A stretch of 63,125 bases of DNA. Origin: Geobacter sp. GTDB taxonomy: Bacteria > Desulfobacterota > Desulfuromonadia > Geobacterales > Pseudopelobacteraceae. The stretch is from positions 1 through 63,125 of the forward strand of contig DAIERH010000001.1 of NCBI GenBank assembly GCA_027346925.1, read 5' to 3'. The translations under genes were made by a program, and so were the position numbers. Positions 28,019 through 38,667 of the stretch are shown in pieces (position 1 is the stretch's first letter; each line of letters opens with the position of its first letter). The notes beneath the pieces were generated by a model. The model was not told where the DNA came from. It saw only the letters and a list, made by a program, of their open reading frames with translations, and did not search any database.

Positions 28019-30142
28019 ATGACACTGCGCACCAAAATGGTGCTGCTCTCCATGGTGGTATGTGCCGGCATGTTGTTCATAACCGTCAATTGCCTTTTCC
28101 TGATGAACGAGGCCGGTATCGGTGGGACGGCCTACAAGACCATCAGACAGAACCAGAACACCCTTGAAAATATTGCCTGCCTCAAGTCAAACCTGTTTCA
28201 GGTCAGCAACGAGGTGCAGGGTTTCATGGCAGAGACCGACAAGGGGATCGCAAACAAAAAAATGGACGTCATCAAGGAGCTGACCGGCGACATCGACCAC
28301 AAATTCGCCCTTGTCATGGAATCCCTTGAATCCCCCCCTAAACGGGAGACTCTCGACAAGGCAGGCGCCGTTTGGAAGGAGTACAAAAAGACGCTGCTTG
28401 AGGATATACTGCCGGCAGTCGGCAAGGGAGACATGCTCAGGGCCAGATACCTGATGACCGGCATCCAGGCCCAGCGTTTCAACATCTTCAGCAATGCTGC
28501 CACGTCCATGGCCGACAACATCCGGCGGGAAGTCAAACAGACCGAGGAGACGATGGCAGCCGGTATCCGCACCAAGGTCATTTGCTCGTTCGTGATTACC
28601 CTGATCATCCTCGCCCTGATTGGTTATTTTTCCTTCATCATTACCAAATCCATCACCAGACCGCTCAGGGCCTGCGTCGAGTTTGCCCGTACCGTGGCCG
28701 AGGGCCGGCTCGATACCCGCCTCGATATCACCGCCGGCAACGAAATCGGCGACCTGGCCACGGCCATGAACGCCATGGCGGAAAATCTCCACAACACGGT
28801 TTTCCGGGTCAATTCCGTAGCCCATGAACTGACGGCCATCGACAACAACATCGAGAAGGCCGCCAGACATGTGGTTACCTCGGCCCATGTCCAGGAGAGT
28901 TCCGTAAGCGAGACCTCCCAGGCCGTGACACATATCAACGAATCGGTCCGCGAGGTTTCCTCCGGCATCGACAAGCTCTCCTCGTCGGCCGCCGAGACAT
29001 CCTCGTCGATCCTCCAGATGGCCGCCAGCGTGGAAGAGGTGGCCATAAACGCGGACAAACTGGGAGGTTCGGTAAATGAGGTCAGCTCCTCGATCATCGA
29101 GATGACCACCTCCATCAAGGAAATCGGCACCAGCATCGTCAACCTGCTGGCCGCTTCAAGCACCACGGCTTCCTCCATCGCCGAGATGGACGCAACCATC
29201 AAGCAGGTGGAAAAGAACGCCATGGATACCTCCGCCATCTCGGAAGGGGTAAAAAATGACGCCGTTACCGGCAAGATGGCGGTTGAAGAGGCCATTGCCG
29301 GGATGCAGGCAATCCGTACCTCGTCCCATATCACCGCCGAGGTGATTGAAAACCTGTCGCTGCGGACAAACGACATCGGCACCATCCTTTCGGTCATTGA
29401 CGAGGTGGCCGAACAGACCAACCTGCTGGCTCTCAACGCCGCCATCATAGCCGCCCAGGCCGGTGAACACGGCAAGGGTTTCGCCGTCGTGGCCGACGAG
29501 ATACGGGAACTGGCCGAACGGACCAGCAGCTCCACTCGCGAGATTGCCTCGGTCATTCAGGGTGTTCAGGATGAAACCCGCCGGGCGGTGGATGCCATCA
29601 TCCAGGCGGAAGAAAGCATCACCGAAGGGGAAAAGCTCTCCCAGCGTTCAGGAGCCGCCCTGGAAAAAATCGTCAGCGGAGTGCAGAAGGCCAGCATCCA
29701 GATACACGAGATCGCCCGCGCCACCGTGGAGCAGGCGCGCGGAAGCCAGAGCATCAGAGAAGCCATGGAACGGGTCGAGGAGATGGTCGGCCAAATCGCC
29801 ACATCGGCCGTTGAGCACTCCCGCGGCAGCGATCTCATCACCTCGGCCGTTGAACAGATGAAAGGACTGACGAGCCAGGTACGCATCTCAACCCGCGAGC
29901 AGAGCCGTGCCAGCAACCTGATAGCCCGCTCTACCGAAGATATCATCACCATGATCGACCAGATTCGCGAGGCCTGTCATTCCCAGGTTCAAGGCAGCAC
30001 CACGATCTCCAAGGCGGTCACCCACATCCAAACGTCATCCAGCTCAAACTCCGAGGCGGCCAAGGTCATGGAAAGCTCCGTAGCCGGCCTGTCGAGACAA
30101 ATCGAACTTCTGGAGAAAGAGATGTCCGGCTTCAAGATATGA
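28019..30142 (+). CDS. methyl-accepting chemotaxis protein with unusually long (about 64-heptad) signalling domain
   Basis: TM, helical sensor, TM, HAMP. Tip [38 protein letters not shown], with about 227 aa from tip to C-terminus. ATG at 28019; the track start 27944 lies in the terminator T-run. Confidence 0.85.
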   Translation: MTLRTKMVLLSMVVCAGMLFITVNCLFLMNEAGIGGTAYKTIRQNQNTLENIACLKSNLFQVSNEVQGFMAETDKGIANKKMDVIKELTGDIDHKFALVMESLESPPKRETLDKAGAVWKEYKKTLLEDILPAVGKGDMLRARYLMTGIQAQRFNIFSNAATSMADNIRREVKQTEETMAAGIRTKVICSFVITLIILALIGYFSFIITKSITRPLRACVEFARTVAEGRLDTRLDITAGNEIGDLATAMNAMAENLHNTVFRVNSVAHELTAIDNNIEKAARHVVTSAHVQESSVSETSQAVTHINESVREVSSGIDKLSSSAAETSSSILQMAASVEEVAINADKLGGSVNEVSSSIIEMTTSIKEIGTSIVNLLAASSTTASSIAEMDATIKQVEKNAMDTSAISEGVKNDAVTGKMAVEEAIAGMQAIRTSSHITAEVIENLSLRTNDIGTILSVIDEVAEQTNLLALNAAIIAAQAGEHGKGFAVVADEIRELAERTSSSTREIASVIQGVQDETRRAVDAIIQAEESITEGEKLSQRSGAALEKIVSGVQKASIQIHEIARATVEQARGSQSIREAMERVEEMVGQIATSAVEHSRGSDLITSAVEQMKGLTSQVRISTREQSRASNLIARSTEDIITMIDQIREACHSQVQGSTTISKAVTHIQTSSSSNSEAAKVMESSVAGLSRQIELLEKEMSGFKI

Positions 30143-30185
30143 TGCCGGTTCTGCTCGTTTATCCAATCAACGGACATAACTCCCC

Positions 30186-30989
30186 ATGAATAGACTGACC
30201 CAGCGTTTCACTGACATTGAAAAACGTGAAGACAAGGCCCTGGTGACCTTTATCACCGCCGGCGATCCTGACCTGGACACAACGGCCGAGATGATCCCCC
30301 TGCTGGAAGAGGCCGGCGCCGATATCATCGAACTCGGCATGCCCTTTTCAGACCCCATGGCCGACGGCCCCACCATCCAGCTTTCCTCGGAACGGGCCCT
30401 GGCCGCCGGCACGACACTGGAAGCGGTCCTGGCCACAGTCCGCAGGGCACGCGCCACCTCATCCATCCCGATCATCCTGATGGGCTACCTTAATCCGATA
30501 CATGCCTACGGTTACGGGCGTTTTGCCCGGGATGCGGCCCAGGCCGGCGTGGACGGCGTGTTGCTGGTGGACATGCCGCCCGAGGAGTCCCGGGAGTTCC
30601 TGCAGGCCGCCTGCGCCCACGACCTGAACGCAATCTTCCTGCTCACCCCAACCTCGGACAAATCCCGTATCGCCACCGTGGCGGAGCTGGGAAAAGGCTT
30701 CATATACTACGTGACCGTCACCGGCGTCACCGGAGCCCGTCAGGAAGTCTCCGCCAGCCTTGCGACCGAACTGGGCAGAATTCGCAAAAAGATCAAACTC
30801 CCCATCGTTGCCGGCTTCGGCATTTCAACCCCGGAGCAGGCCGCAAGCGTTGCCAGCCTGGCCGATGGGGTCGTGGTGGGCAGCGCCATTGTCAAACTCT
30901 TCCAGCAGCATTCCGGCAAGAAACTGAAAACCGAGGTCAAGCGCCTTGTCAGCGCGCTCAAACAGGCCATCTCGGCCAAGGCTGCGTAA
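30186..30989 (+). CDS. trpA: tryptophan synthase alpha chain
   Basis: [39 protein letters not shown]. Confidence 0.9.
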   Translation: MNRLTQRFTDIEKREDKALVTFITAGDPDLDTTAEMIPLLEEAGADIIELGMPFSDPMADGPTIQLSSERALAAGTTLEAVLATVRRARATSSIPIILMGYLNPIHAYGYGRFARDAAQAGVDGVLLVDMPPEESREFLQAACAHDLNAIFLLTPTSDKSRIATVAELGKGFIYYVTVTGVTGARQEVSASLATELGRIRKKIKLPIVAGFGISTPEQAASVASLADGVVVGSAIVKLFQQHSGKKLKTEVKRLVSALKQAISAKAA

Positions 30990-31133
30990 TTAATGAAATT
31001 TTCAAGTTGAGTCTTGGGGGTTAACCTTCATCCTTCAACGTTGTACGCCTTGACACCCGGTGGCTTTTCTGCTACCAAGCTGCTTCACTTGCGGTAAATA
31101 TTTTGAGTGATATTAAATTTCGTGAGGTTCACC

Positions 31134-31988
31134 ATGAGCTGGTTCAGCAGGGAAAAGGCGGGCATAGACAAATCCGATGTTAAGAAAAGCAAGGTCCCCG
31201 AAGGGATGTGGATCAAATGTCCGGGCTGTTCCGAGACCATCCTGGCCAAGGAGATCGACGCCAACCTGAACGTCTGCCCAAAGTGCGGGCATCATTTCCG
31301 TATTTCGGCCCGCCGCCGCCTTGAGGTCTTGCTGGATGGCGGGACTTGGCAGGAGTTCGATAGCGCCATGACCTCGGTTGATTTCCTGGAATTCAAGGAC
31401 GCCAAGAGTTATCAGGAACGCATCAATGCCGCGGTTGCCAAGGGAGGTTCAAAGGACGCGGTCATCTGCGTCGAGGGCGCCATAGACGGCACCGGCGTAC
31501 AGGTTGCCATCTTCGACTTCGCCTTCATGGGCGGCAGCATGGGGAGCGTGGTGGGCGAAAAGATCACCCGCTCAATCGAGCGTGGCTTGAAGCAGCGCCA
31601 GCCGGTGATCGTCATCTCCGCCTCGGGCGGTGCCCGCATGCAGGAAAGCATCCTGTCCCTGATGCAGATGGCCAAGACCTCCGCGGCACTGGCCAAGCTT
31701 AAACATGCCGGCATCCCTTTCATCTCCATCCTGACCGATCCCACCACCGGCGGTGTCACCGCCAGCTTTGCCATGCTGGGCGACATCAACATTGCCGAAC
31801 CCAAGGCCCTGATCGGCTTTGCCGGGCCGCGGGTCATCGAGCAAACCATCCGCCAGAAACTTCCCGAGGGGTTCCAGCGTGCCGAATACCTGCTCGACCA
31901 CGGCATGGTGGACGTGATCATCCCCCGTACGGAGATGCGCGGCAAGCTCGCATCCATCTTGAAGATGCTGCACCGTCCCGCCGCCTGA
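31134..31988 (+). CDS. accD: acetyl-CoA carboxylase carboxyltransferase subunit beta
   Basis: Zn-ribbon CPGCSE...CPKCGHH, FMGGSMGSVVGEK, SGGARMQE. Confidence 0.9.
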   Translation: MSWFSREKAGIDKSDVKKSKVPEGMWIKCPGCSETILAKEIDANLNVCPKCGHHFRISARRRLEVLLDGGTWQEFDSAMTSVDFLEFKDAKSYQERINAAVAKGGSKDAVICVEGAIDGTGVQVAIFDFAFMGGSMGSVVGEKITRSIERGLKQRQPVIVISASGGARMQESILSLMQMAKTSAALAKLKHAGIPFISILTDPTTGGVTASFAMLGDINIAEPKALIGFAGPRVIEQTIRQKLPEGFQRAEYLLDHGMVDVIIPRTEMRGKLASILKMLHRPAA

Positions 31989-31989
31989 G

Positions 31990-33267
31990 ATGCCCCTGGC
32001 CGGCACGCTGGAGAAACTCTACGCCCGCCGGCGTTTTGGCATCCGTCCCGGTATCGACAGGGTCCGCTGCATCCTGGAACGGCTGGGCCACCCGGAGCAC
32101 GCTTTTCGCAGTATCCATGTGGTCGGCACCAACGGCAAGGGATCGACATCGGCCTTCCTGTCCTCCATTCTGGGCAGCGCCGGATACCGGGCCGCCCTGT
32201 TTACCTCTCCCCATCTGATCAGTTTCACCGAACGCTTTCGGATCAATGGCCGGGAAATTGCCGCCGAGCGGTTGATGCCGCTCCTGGACACCGTGCTGGC
32301 GCAGGCACCCGCGGAGGCCACTTTTTTCGAGATCGTCACGGCCCTGGCCGCACTCTGTTTTGCGGAAGAGCATGTCGATATCGCCGTGATGGAGGCTGGG
32401 ATGGGAGGCCGATCCGATGCAAGCGCCGCCATACCGGGCATTTTGACCGTGATAACGCCCATTTCCCTGGATCATGGCGACTACCTGGGTGCGACCCTGG
32501 CGGAGATCGCGGCGGAAAAGGCCGGCATTGCCGAACCGGGCACACCGATAGTCACGGCGCGCCAGACGCCGGAGGTGCAGGGGGTTATCCGGGAGCGCGC
32601 CGCGGCGGGGGGGAACAGGACCGCTGTGGAGGGACTCGACTTCACCTCTGCCTGGGGCGATGGCGGAACCCTTGATTACCGTGGCATTCATGCTACACTG
32701 TCCGGCATCACCACCGGCATTCCCGGGCGATACCAGGCCGGGAACGCCGCCCTGGCCCTGGCCGCGGCAGAGGTGCTTGACAGCATCGGCATACCCGTGT
32801 CCCGGGACGCCCTCATCAGCGGCCTGGGCGACGCCCATTGGCCGGGACGCATGGAGTTGATTGCCGGACAACCGCCGATCCTGCTGGACGGCGCCCACAA
32901 CCCGGCGGGCGCCGCGGCACTCGCCGCTGCGTTGGAAGATCACCGGTACCGGCGTCTCCTGCTGGTAGCGGGGATCATGGCCGACAAGGACAGCGCCGGG
33001 ATACTCGCCCCACTGGCCCGCAAGGTCCACCGGGCATACGCGGTAACCCCGGCGGTCGAACGAGCCCTCGACGACGCCACCCTGGCCGGAATCCTGGTAC
33101 AACTGGGCGTGAAGGCCATAGCCTGCGGAGACGTGGCCAACGGTATCGTCTCCGCGCGGCAAGCCGCCGGAGAAGGCGATCTTATTCTGGTGTGCGGATC
33201 ATTGTTTACGGTTGGAGAGGCAAAGGCCTGGCTGACACAGACTCGCTTTGAAGGGATTCGGGGGTAG
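31990..33267 (+). CDS. folC: bifunctional folylpolyglutamate synthase/dihydrofolate synthase
   Basis: VVGTNGKGST P-loop and Mur-ligase-like layout. Starts 1 nt after the accD stop. Confidence 0.85.
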   Translation: MPLAGTLEKLYARRRFGIRPGIDRVRCILERLGHPEHAFRSIHVVGTNGKGSTSAFLSSILGSAGYRAALFTSPHLISFTERFRINGREIAAERLMPLLDTVLAQAPAEATFFEIVTALAALCFAEEHVDIAVMEAGMGGRSDASAAIPGILTVITPISLDHGDYLGATLAEIAAEKAGIAEPGTPIVTARQTPEVQGVIRERAAAGGNRTAVEGLDFTSAWGDGGTLDYRGIHATLSGITTGIPGRYQAGNAALALAAAEVLDSIGIPVSRDALISGLGDAHWPGRMELIAGQPPILLDGAHNPAGAAALAAALEDHRYRRLLLVAGIMADKDSAGILAPLARKVHRAYAVTPAVERALDDATLAGILVQLGVKAIACGDVANGIVSARQAAGEGDLILVCGSLFTVGEAKAWLTQTRFEGIRG

Positions 33268-33279
33268 TACCCCATTGCC

Positions 33280-35406
33280 ATGACTCTGTTACATCCGCTT
33301 TTGATACTGCTGGTCTGCCTTGCCACGCTGCTGCCGGCAGTCTCCCACGGGGCCGGTCCCGCCTCTGCCTCCGCGGGTGGTGGAGACATCACCATCAAGG
33401 CCGACGCCATGACCCACGACCCGGCGGAAGATACCTTCAAAGCCAGGGGCCACGTGCTTATCGAATGGGAGGGGGCGGTGCTCAACGCCGATCAGGCGAC
33501 ATACAACCGCAAAACCGGCATGCTGACCGCCACGGGCGATGTGGTCATGACCAAGGACGGCAATGTCATGCGCGGCGCCTGGTTCACCTTCGACGTGGCG
33601 ACCGGGAGGGGGGAACTGGAACGGGGAACGTTCACCACGGTCCCGGGGAATCTGACCGTCACCGGCGAAAAGATCGTCCGGGTGGACGACAACCATGTGG
33701 TGCTGAACAAGACCCAGTTTACCACCTGCGATCTTCCCCGGCCGAGCTGGAAATTCGAAGCGGAAAAACTGGACGTCAATCTGCTGGGTTACGCCATCGG
33801 CAGGAACATCACCTTTTACGTAAAGGACATACCGGTCCTGTATCTCCCCTGGATCGCCTTTCCCGTGGTGCGCGACCGCCGGTCCGGCCTCCTCCTCCCC
33901 CGTGTCGGCTACACCAACACACGCGGTGCCGAGCTGGACATCCCTCTCTATCTGGTCATTGCCCCCAATCAGGATGCGACGTTCGACCTGGATCTCCAGA
34001 GCACGCGCGGCGTGGGTATCGGCGCCGAGTATCGTTATGCCCGCAAACGGGGCAGCGAGGGTTTTGCCGGCGGGTATCTGATCTTCGACCAGAAGGAGGG
34101 TCGCTGGCGCGGCCAGATCTCCACGAACCACACCGAGATATTCTCACCGGACATGAACCTGCGCGTGGCCATCAACCAGACCAGCGACCGCAACTTCCTG
34201 TTCGATTTTGGTGAGAAGAGCGGCGACTACAACCGCCAATCAAACGATTCCACCATCAACTTCCTGAAAACCTGGCAGACCTACGCCCTCACCGTGGATC
34301 TGCGCAACACCCAGGATTATTACACCATCGACAACAGCCATACCCTGCAGACGCTGCCCGAGATCGGCCTTTCCGCAGTCCGGCAGCAAATTGCCGCGAC
34401 ACCGCTTTACTTCGATCTCGATGCCAGCGCGGCCGACCTGTACCAAGGCGCCGGTCCCAGGGGGCTGCGCCTGAGCACCTTCCCCCGGCTGACCCTGGTT
34501 ACGCCCCTGTCTGATTATATCAACATGACCACCTTTGCCGGCCTCCACCTGCGGGCGTACAGCAGCGACAACATATCCGCCGGCAGCGGAATACGTTCAA
34601 GCGATGCCGATCTGCTGCCCGAGGCTGGCGCACGCATCTCAACCTCCCTCAGCAGGGTATATACGATCGACGGGGAAAATCTCAAGAAACTGCGCAATGA
34701 GCTGGTGCCGGAGCTGGCCTACGCCTATACGCCGTATCAGGACCAGACGCGGCATCCCTTCTATGATTACGGAGACCGCCTGAACTGGCAGAACATGGTG
34801 ACGTACTCGCTGACCAGCCTGCTGGGTGGGAAATACCAAAACGGAGAAACGACCGAATACCGTGACCTGATGCGTCTGAAACTCATGCAGAGCTACAACT
34901 TCGAAGGCTCGCGCCGTGACCTGCTTACCATGGTCGATGCCAATCGCGCCTTCAGCGATCTGATCCTGGAGTCCGACACCTGGCTGAGCCCCAGACTCAG
35001 GCTGACCCTGGATACGAGCTATAACGTCTATTTCCGCCGGATCTCCAGCCTGGACCCCGGCGTGGAGTTCGACGACACGCACGGCAACACCGCCGGTGTC
35101 AGCTACCGCATGTCGCGCGACGAACTGAATTATCTGGAGTGGCGTTTTGTCACCAAGCTGTTTTCACCATGGACCCTGGGCTATAGCAACCGGTACTCAT
35201 TCGACCGTAAGCCGTTCACCCCCTGGCCCCTGGGCGACACCAACCGGTATTTATTCAACAGTTCCGGGAACCTCGAATCGGTCCTCTCCGTCGCATACCA
35301 GCAGAAGTGCTGGGGCGTCAATGTCGAGCTCAGCAGCAGGCCCGGCAACACGTCCTTCCACGTCAACTTCACCCTGGCTGGCTTGACGAGCGGGGGCACC
35401 AAATAA
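33280..35406 (+). CDS. lptD: LPS-assembly outer-membrane protein LptD
   Basis: Signal peptide, OstA-like N-terminal domain (ITIKADAMTHD...ATYNRKTGMLTATGDVVMT), and a long beta-barrel-like C-terminal region. Confidence 0.8.
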   Translation: MTLLHPLLILLVCLATLLPAVSHGAGPASASAGGGDITIKADAMTHDPAEDTFKARGHVLIEWEGAVLNADQATYNRKTGMLTATGDVVMTKDGNVMRGAWFTFDVATGRGELERGTFTTVPGNLTVTGEKIVRVDDNHVVLNKTQFTTCDLPRPSWKFEAEKLDVNLLGYAIGRNITFYVKDIPVLYLPWIAFPVVRDRRSGLLLPRVGYTNTRGAELDIPLYLVIAPNQDATFDLDLQSTRGVGIGAEYRYARKRGSEGFAGGYLIFDQKEGRWRGQISTNHTEIFSPDMNLRVAINQTSDRNFLFDFGEKSGDYNRQSNDSTINFLKTWQTYALTVDLRNTQDYYTIDNSHTLQTLPEIGLSAVRQQIAATPLYFDLDASAADLYQGAGPRGLRLSTFPRLTLVTPLSDYINMTTFAGLHLRAYSSDNISAGSGIRSSDADLLPEAGARISTSLSRVYTIDGENLKKLRNELVPELAYAYTPYQDQTRHPFYDYGDRLNWQNMVTYSLTSLLGGKYQNGETTEYRDLMRLKLMQSYNFEGSRRDLLTMVDANRAFSDLILESDTWLSPRLRLTLDTSYNVYFRRISSLDPGVEFDDTHGNTAGVSYRMSRDELNYLEWRFVTKLFSPWTLGYSNRYSFDRKPFTPWPLGDTNRYLFNSSGNLESVLSVAYQQKCWGVNVELSSRPGNTSFHVNFTLAGLTSGGTK

Positions 35407-35409
35407 CCG

Positions 35410-37503
35410 TCAATGCAAACCGTACAACTGGCGGTACGTGGCGGCCGAGGCGTAGACCTTTTTTACATAGTCCCGCGTTTCCTGGTAGGGGATGCTTTCG
35501 ATGAACTCGTCCCTTTTCAGCCCTTTCATGTTCTTTCTCCAGCGCTCTACCGCGGCCGCGCCGGCGTTGTAGGCGGCAATGGCATAGACCGCGTCGCCGT
35601 CGTATCCCTTCAGCAGATCCCGCAAATGCTTGGTGCCAACCTTGATATTGAACTCCGGAACCGTCAGGCGCTGTGGATTGAACTGCCCCTTCTCCCGGAC
35701 TGTTGCCTTGGCGGTGTCTGGCATGAGTTGCATCAGGCCGATGGCGCCGGCATGGGACCTGACGGCGGGTGAGAAGCCGCTCTCCGCCCGGATCAGGGCG
35801 TAGACCAGCGATTCGGGCAACTCATTGGCCGAGGCGTACTGGCTCACCGGACCGGTATAGGCCAGGGGATAACCGACCGTCCAGAGCGGCAGGGTTGCGC
35901 TGTCCCATTTTACCGGGCGGTTCTGCAGGAACAGGGTGATGGCCGAACCGTAATCCCCCATTTCCAGGTACAGTCGTGCCAATCCGGGAAACAGCGAGCC
36001 CTTATCCCCCAGTTTCCTGCGGGCGGCCGCCAGTTCGTTGCGGGCCTCCTCGATCATCCCCAATGAAGCCAAGAGTCTTGGTTTCTCAAAACCGGCCAGG
36101 GCCGGCAATTCCGCCAGGGCGTTGCGATGGCCCAATGCCTCGCGCAGATCCCTGCTCCCCTTCTGCTCGCGGTACCAGGCAGCATAAAATCCGGCGGGAT
36201 ACTCATCCAGCAGGGTTCGGTACCAGCCGGCCGCATCGGCGTTGCCGGCGTTCTCCAGTGAACGCGCCAGCCAGTAGAGCGCCTTCTCCCGAACCGCTCC
36301 GTCCTTCAGTAACGCCTTGAAGGCATCTGCCGCAAGGGCGTATTCGCCCCCCAGATAGCGACACCACGCCCCCTCCCAGGCGGCCCGGGCGACAAACCTG
36401 GAACCGGGATGGCCCTTGACGACCAATTCGCAGATGCGCGCCGATTCGACAAAACTTCCCAGGCTCTTGCGCAATCCGGCCGCCTCCATCAGGGCATCAT
36501 CGCTAAGCTCCTGCTTCCTCCCCTCGCCGGCCAACTCCATGAACAGTTCAAAAGCCCGTTCATACTGTTCCTGCCGCTCAAGGGCCTTTGCCAGCCAGAA
36601 CCGCGCCTCGGAACGGATACCCGCAATCGTGCTGGCGGCTGCCTTGGCAAGGCTCTTTTCCGCCTGTTTGTAGTTGCGCTGGCGATAGCGGTTCAAACCC
36701 GTGCGGAGATCCACCCTGGCGACGAACGCTTCCGGCTGGCCATCCAACGGGATCGTCTGGAGGGTTTGCAACGACTTGCCGAACTCATTCTGGGCATACA
36801 GCGCCGCAGCCCGCCGCAGCAATTCCTCCGGGGTGTACGAACCGACCTTGACGCCGGCCTTCTCCAGTTCCCCGAGGCGTTCCTGCGACCGTTTCGCCTG
36901 GGGTGCGGCGGGATTGTTCAGCCAGATGGTGCGATACGTCTGGACAGCACCGTTCCTGTCGCCGGTTTCCTCCCGGCTGCGGGCCGACTGGAACAGGGCG
37001 TCAACGGAATCGCCGCCCGAGGCATACCGTTCGATGAAGGCCAGATAGAGCTTGAGCGCCCCCTTGTAATCAGCGGCCTCGAAGAAGATATCGGCGGCGA
37101 GTTTTTCCGAACGCCGCACCAGTTGGGAGCCCGGATAGCTCTTTGGAAGGGCGAAGGCCTTGGCGGCCGCCTCGGCGTATCTTTTACCCTTCAGCAGGGC
37201 CTCGGCCTGGTACAGCAGGGCATAATCACCGACCAGCGGCAATTTCCGCTCCGCATCCGCAAGCAACCTGGCCGCCTCGTCAGTCTTTCCCGAGCGCAGG
37301 GCCGCCACGCCGAGAAGAAAGGTGCGCTGGGGCGTTTCCGGCGCTTTTTGGGCCAGGCTGTAGGCATCGTCATACCTCTTTTCCCTGAACTGCGCCGCTG
37401 CGCGGGACAGGAGATCATCGGCGGCAGAGGGATGCGCGGAAAGGATGAGCAGAAAAACGCCTGTCGAAATGATCAGTAACGGTGTGCGAAGAAGATGAAA
37501 CAT
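35410..37503 (-). CDS. slt: soluble lytic murein transglycosylase (Slt70-like, superhelical N-terminal domain plus SLT domain)
   Basis: Signal peptide, TPR/superhelical repeats, and C-terminal ESGFSPAVRSHAGAIGLMQLMP, AYNAG. Confidence 0.85.
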   Translation of the reverse strand: MFHLLRTPLLIISTGVFLLILSAHPSAADDLLSRAAAQFREKRYDDAYSLAQKAPETPQRTFLLGVAALRSGKTDEAARLLADAERKLPLVGDYALLYQAEALLKGKRYAEAAAKAFALPKSYPGSQLVRRSEKLAADIFFEAADYKGALKLYLAFIERYASGGDSVDALFQSARSREETGDRNGAVQTYRTIWLNNPAAPQAKRSQERLGELEKAGVKVGSYTPEELLRRAAALYAQNEFGKSLQTLQTIPLDGQPEAFVARVDLRTGLNRYRQRNYKQAEKSLAKAAASTIAGIRSEARFWLAKALERQEQYERAFELFMELAGEGRKQELSDDALMEAAGLRKSLGSFVESARICELVVKGHPGSRFVARAAWEGAWCRYLGGEYALAADAFKALLKDGAVREKALYWLARSLENAGNADAAGWYRTLLDEYPAGFYAAWYREQKGSRDLREALGHRNALAELPALAGFEKPRLLASLGMIEEARNELAAARRKLGDKGSLFPGLARLYLEMGDYGSAITLFLQNRPVKWDSATLPLWTVGYPLAYTGPVSQYASANELPESLVYALIRAESGFSPAVRSHAGAIGLMQLMPDTAKATVREKGQFNPQRLTVPEFNIKVGTKHLRDLLKGYDGDAVYAIAAYNAGAAAVERWRKNMKGLKRDEFIESIPYQETRDYVKKVYASAATYRQLYGLH

Positions 37504-37519
37504 TGACCTGCCTTTCGTG

Positions 37520-37550
37520 AAAAAAGGCCGTGGGCACCCAGCCCATGGCC
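37520..37550 (-). terminator. intrinsic terminator candidate after the DUF815 gene
   Basis: On the minus strand: GGCCATGGGC-TGGGT-GCCCACGGCC followed by TTTTTT. Confidence 0.6.
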
Positions 37551-37590
37551 CGAATAATGTTAAGCTAGACCAGCAGGTTGACCGCCCTAT

Positions 37591-38490
37591 TCAGGCCTTG
37601 CCCGAGAGCAGCCGCTTTCCCACCCAATGGGTGGCGAACTGGTGGGCGATGCGGCCGCTGGCGTCACCCTTTTGCTGCGACCAGAGAATGGCCGCCTGGC
37701 GCTCTTCGGCGCCCCAGGCCAACTCCGTACCCATCCGGGCGCACAACCTGCCGGTCCACTGCCGCACCACCTCCAGGTACTGGTCCTGGCTGAAGGGATG
37801 AAAACCGACCCACAGCCCGAAACGGCCCGACAGGGAGATCTTCTCCTCCACCGATTCGCCGTGATGGATCTCGTTGTTCACCAGCATGGCGCCGCGGTTG
37901 TCGGTTTCATACTCGGGCAGCAGATGGCGGCGGTTGGAGGTCACGTAGATCAGGGCATTTTCCGGCGGGGCGTAGACCGAGCCGTCCAGGGCGCTTTTCA
38001 GCATCTTGTAGCTGGAGTCCCCCACCTCGAAGGAGACGTCGTCGGAAAAGACGATGAAGCGGTAGGGCTCCGACTTGATGGCATCCACGATGTCGGGCAG
38101 GTGCACCAGATCGTCCTTGTCCACCTGGATCACCCGCAGCCCCTGGTCGGCGTACCTGTTGAGCATGGCCCGCACCAGCGAGGACTTGCCCGTCCCCCGG
38201 GTCCCCCACAGCAGGCAGTTGTTGGCCGGCAGCCCGGCCAGGAACTGGCGGGTATTCTCCTCCACCACCTGTTTTTGCTCGTCGATACCCAGCAGATCGT
38301 CGAGGCTGATCCGTTCCACCGCCTCCAGCGGCTCCAGGTAACCGGCAAAGGAGTGCCGGCGCCAATTGGCGGCAGTGGTGGTCTTCCAGTCGATGTCCGG
38401 GATCGGCCTGGGCAGGAGCAGTTCCAGCGAGGTAAGCACCCGTTTGAGTTGTGCGGTCAGTTCCGGCTCAAGCATTGCAAAATTCTCCAC
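37591..38490 (-). CDS. DUF815-family AAA-type ATPase
   Basis: Walker A LWGTRGTGKSSLV and Walker B RFIVFSDD. GTG start at 38490 (alternative ATG at 38475). Confidence 0.75.
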   Translation of the reverse strand: MENFAMLEPELTAQLKRVLTSLELLLPRPIPDIDWKTTTAANWRRHSFAGYLEPLEAVERISLDDLLGIDEQKQVVEENTRQFLAGLPANNCLLWGTRGTGKSSLVRAMLNRYADQGLRVIQVDKDDLVHLPDIVDAIKSEPYRFIVFSDDVSFEVGDSSYKMLKSALDGSVYAPPENALIYVTSNRRHLLPEYETDNRGAMLVNNEIHHGESVEEKISLSGRFGLWVGFHPFSQDQYLEVVRQWTGRLCARMGTELAWGAEERQAAILWSQQKGDASGRIAHQFATHWVGKRLLSGKA

Positions 38491-38508
38491 TCATCGTAAA
38501 AAACATCT

Positions 38509-38634
38509 GTCCACGAAACGCACGAAAAACACGAACATAATCAAATTACTATTCAGATGCCGACCTCAGCGTTGAGGTAAATCGGCATTCTTTCGTATCT
38601 GACTCTTTCGTGTCTTTTCGTGTTGTCCGTGGAT
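38509..38634. repeat. nested palindromic element with CACGAAA-repeat arms
   Basis: Left arm TCCACGAAACGCACGAAAAACACGAA and right arm TTCGTGTCTTTTCGTGTTGTCCGTGGA (imperfect IR, about 28 nt) flank the inner hairpin ATGCCGA(CCTCA-GCGT-TGAGG)TAAATCGGCAT at 38557-38588. Confidence 0.6.
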
Positions 38635-38667
38635 AATTGTCGTTATTGATTCAGATGTCCATGCCCT

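Noticed and set aside
35404-35412. lptD and slt stop codons only 3 nt apart (convergent), with no room for terminators
   Set aside because: This is a real observation, but tight convergent ends are common in compact genomes. Nothing else here is unusual.
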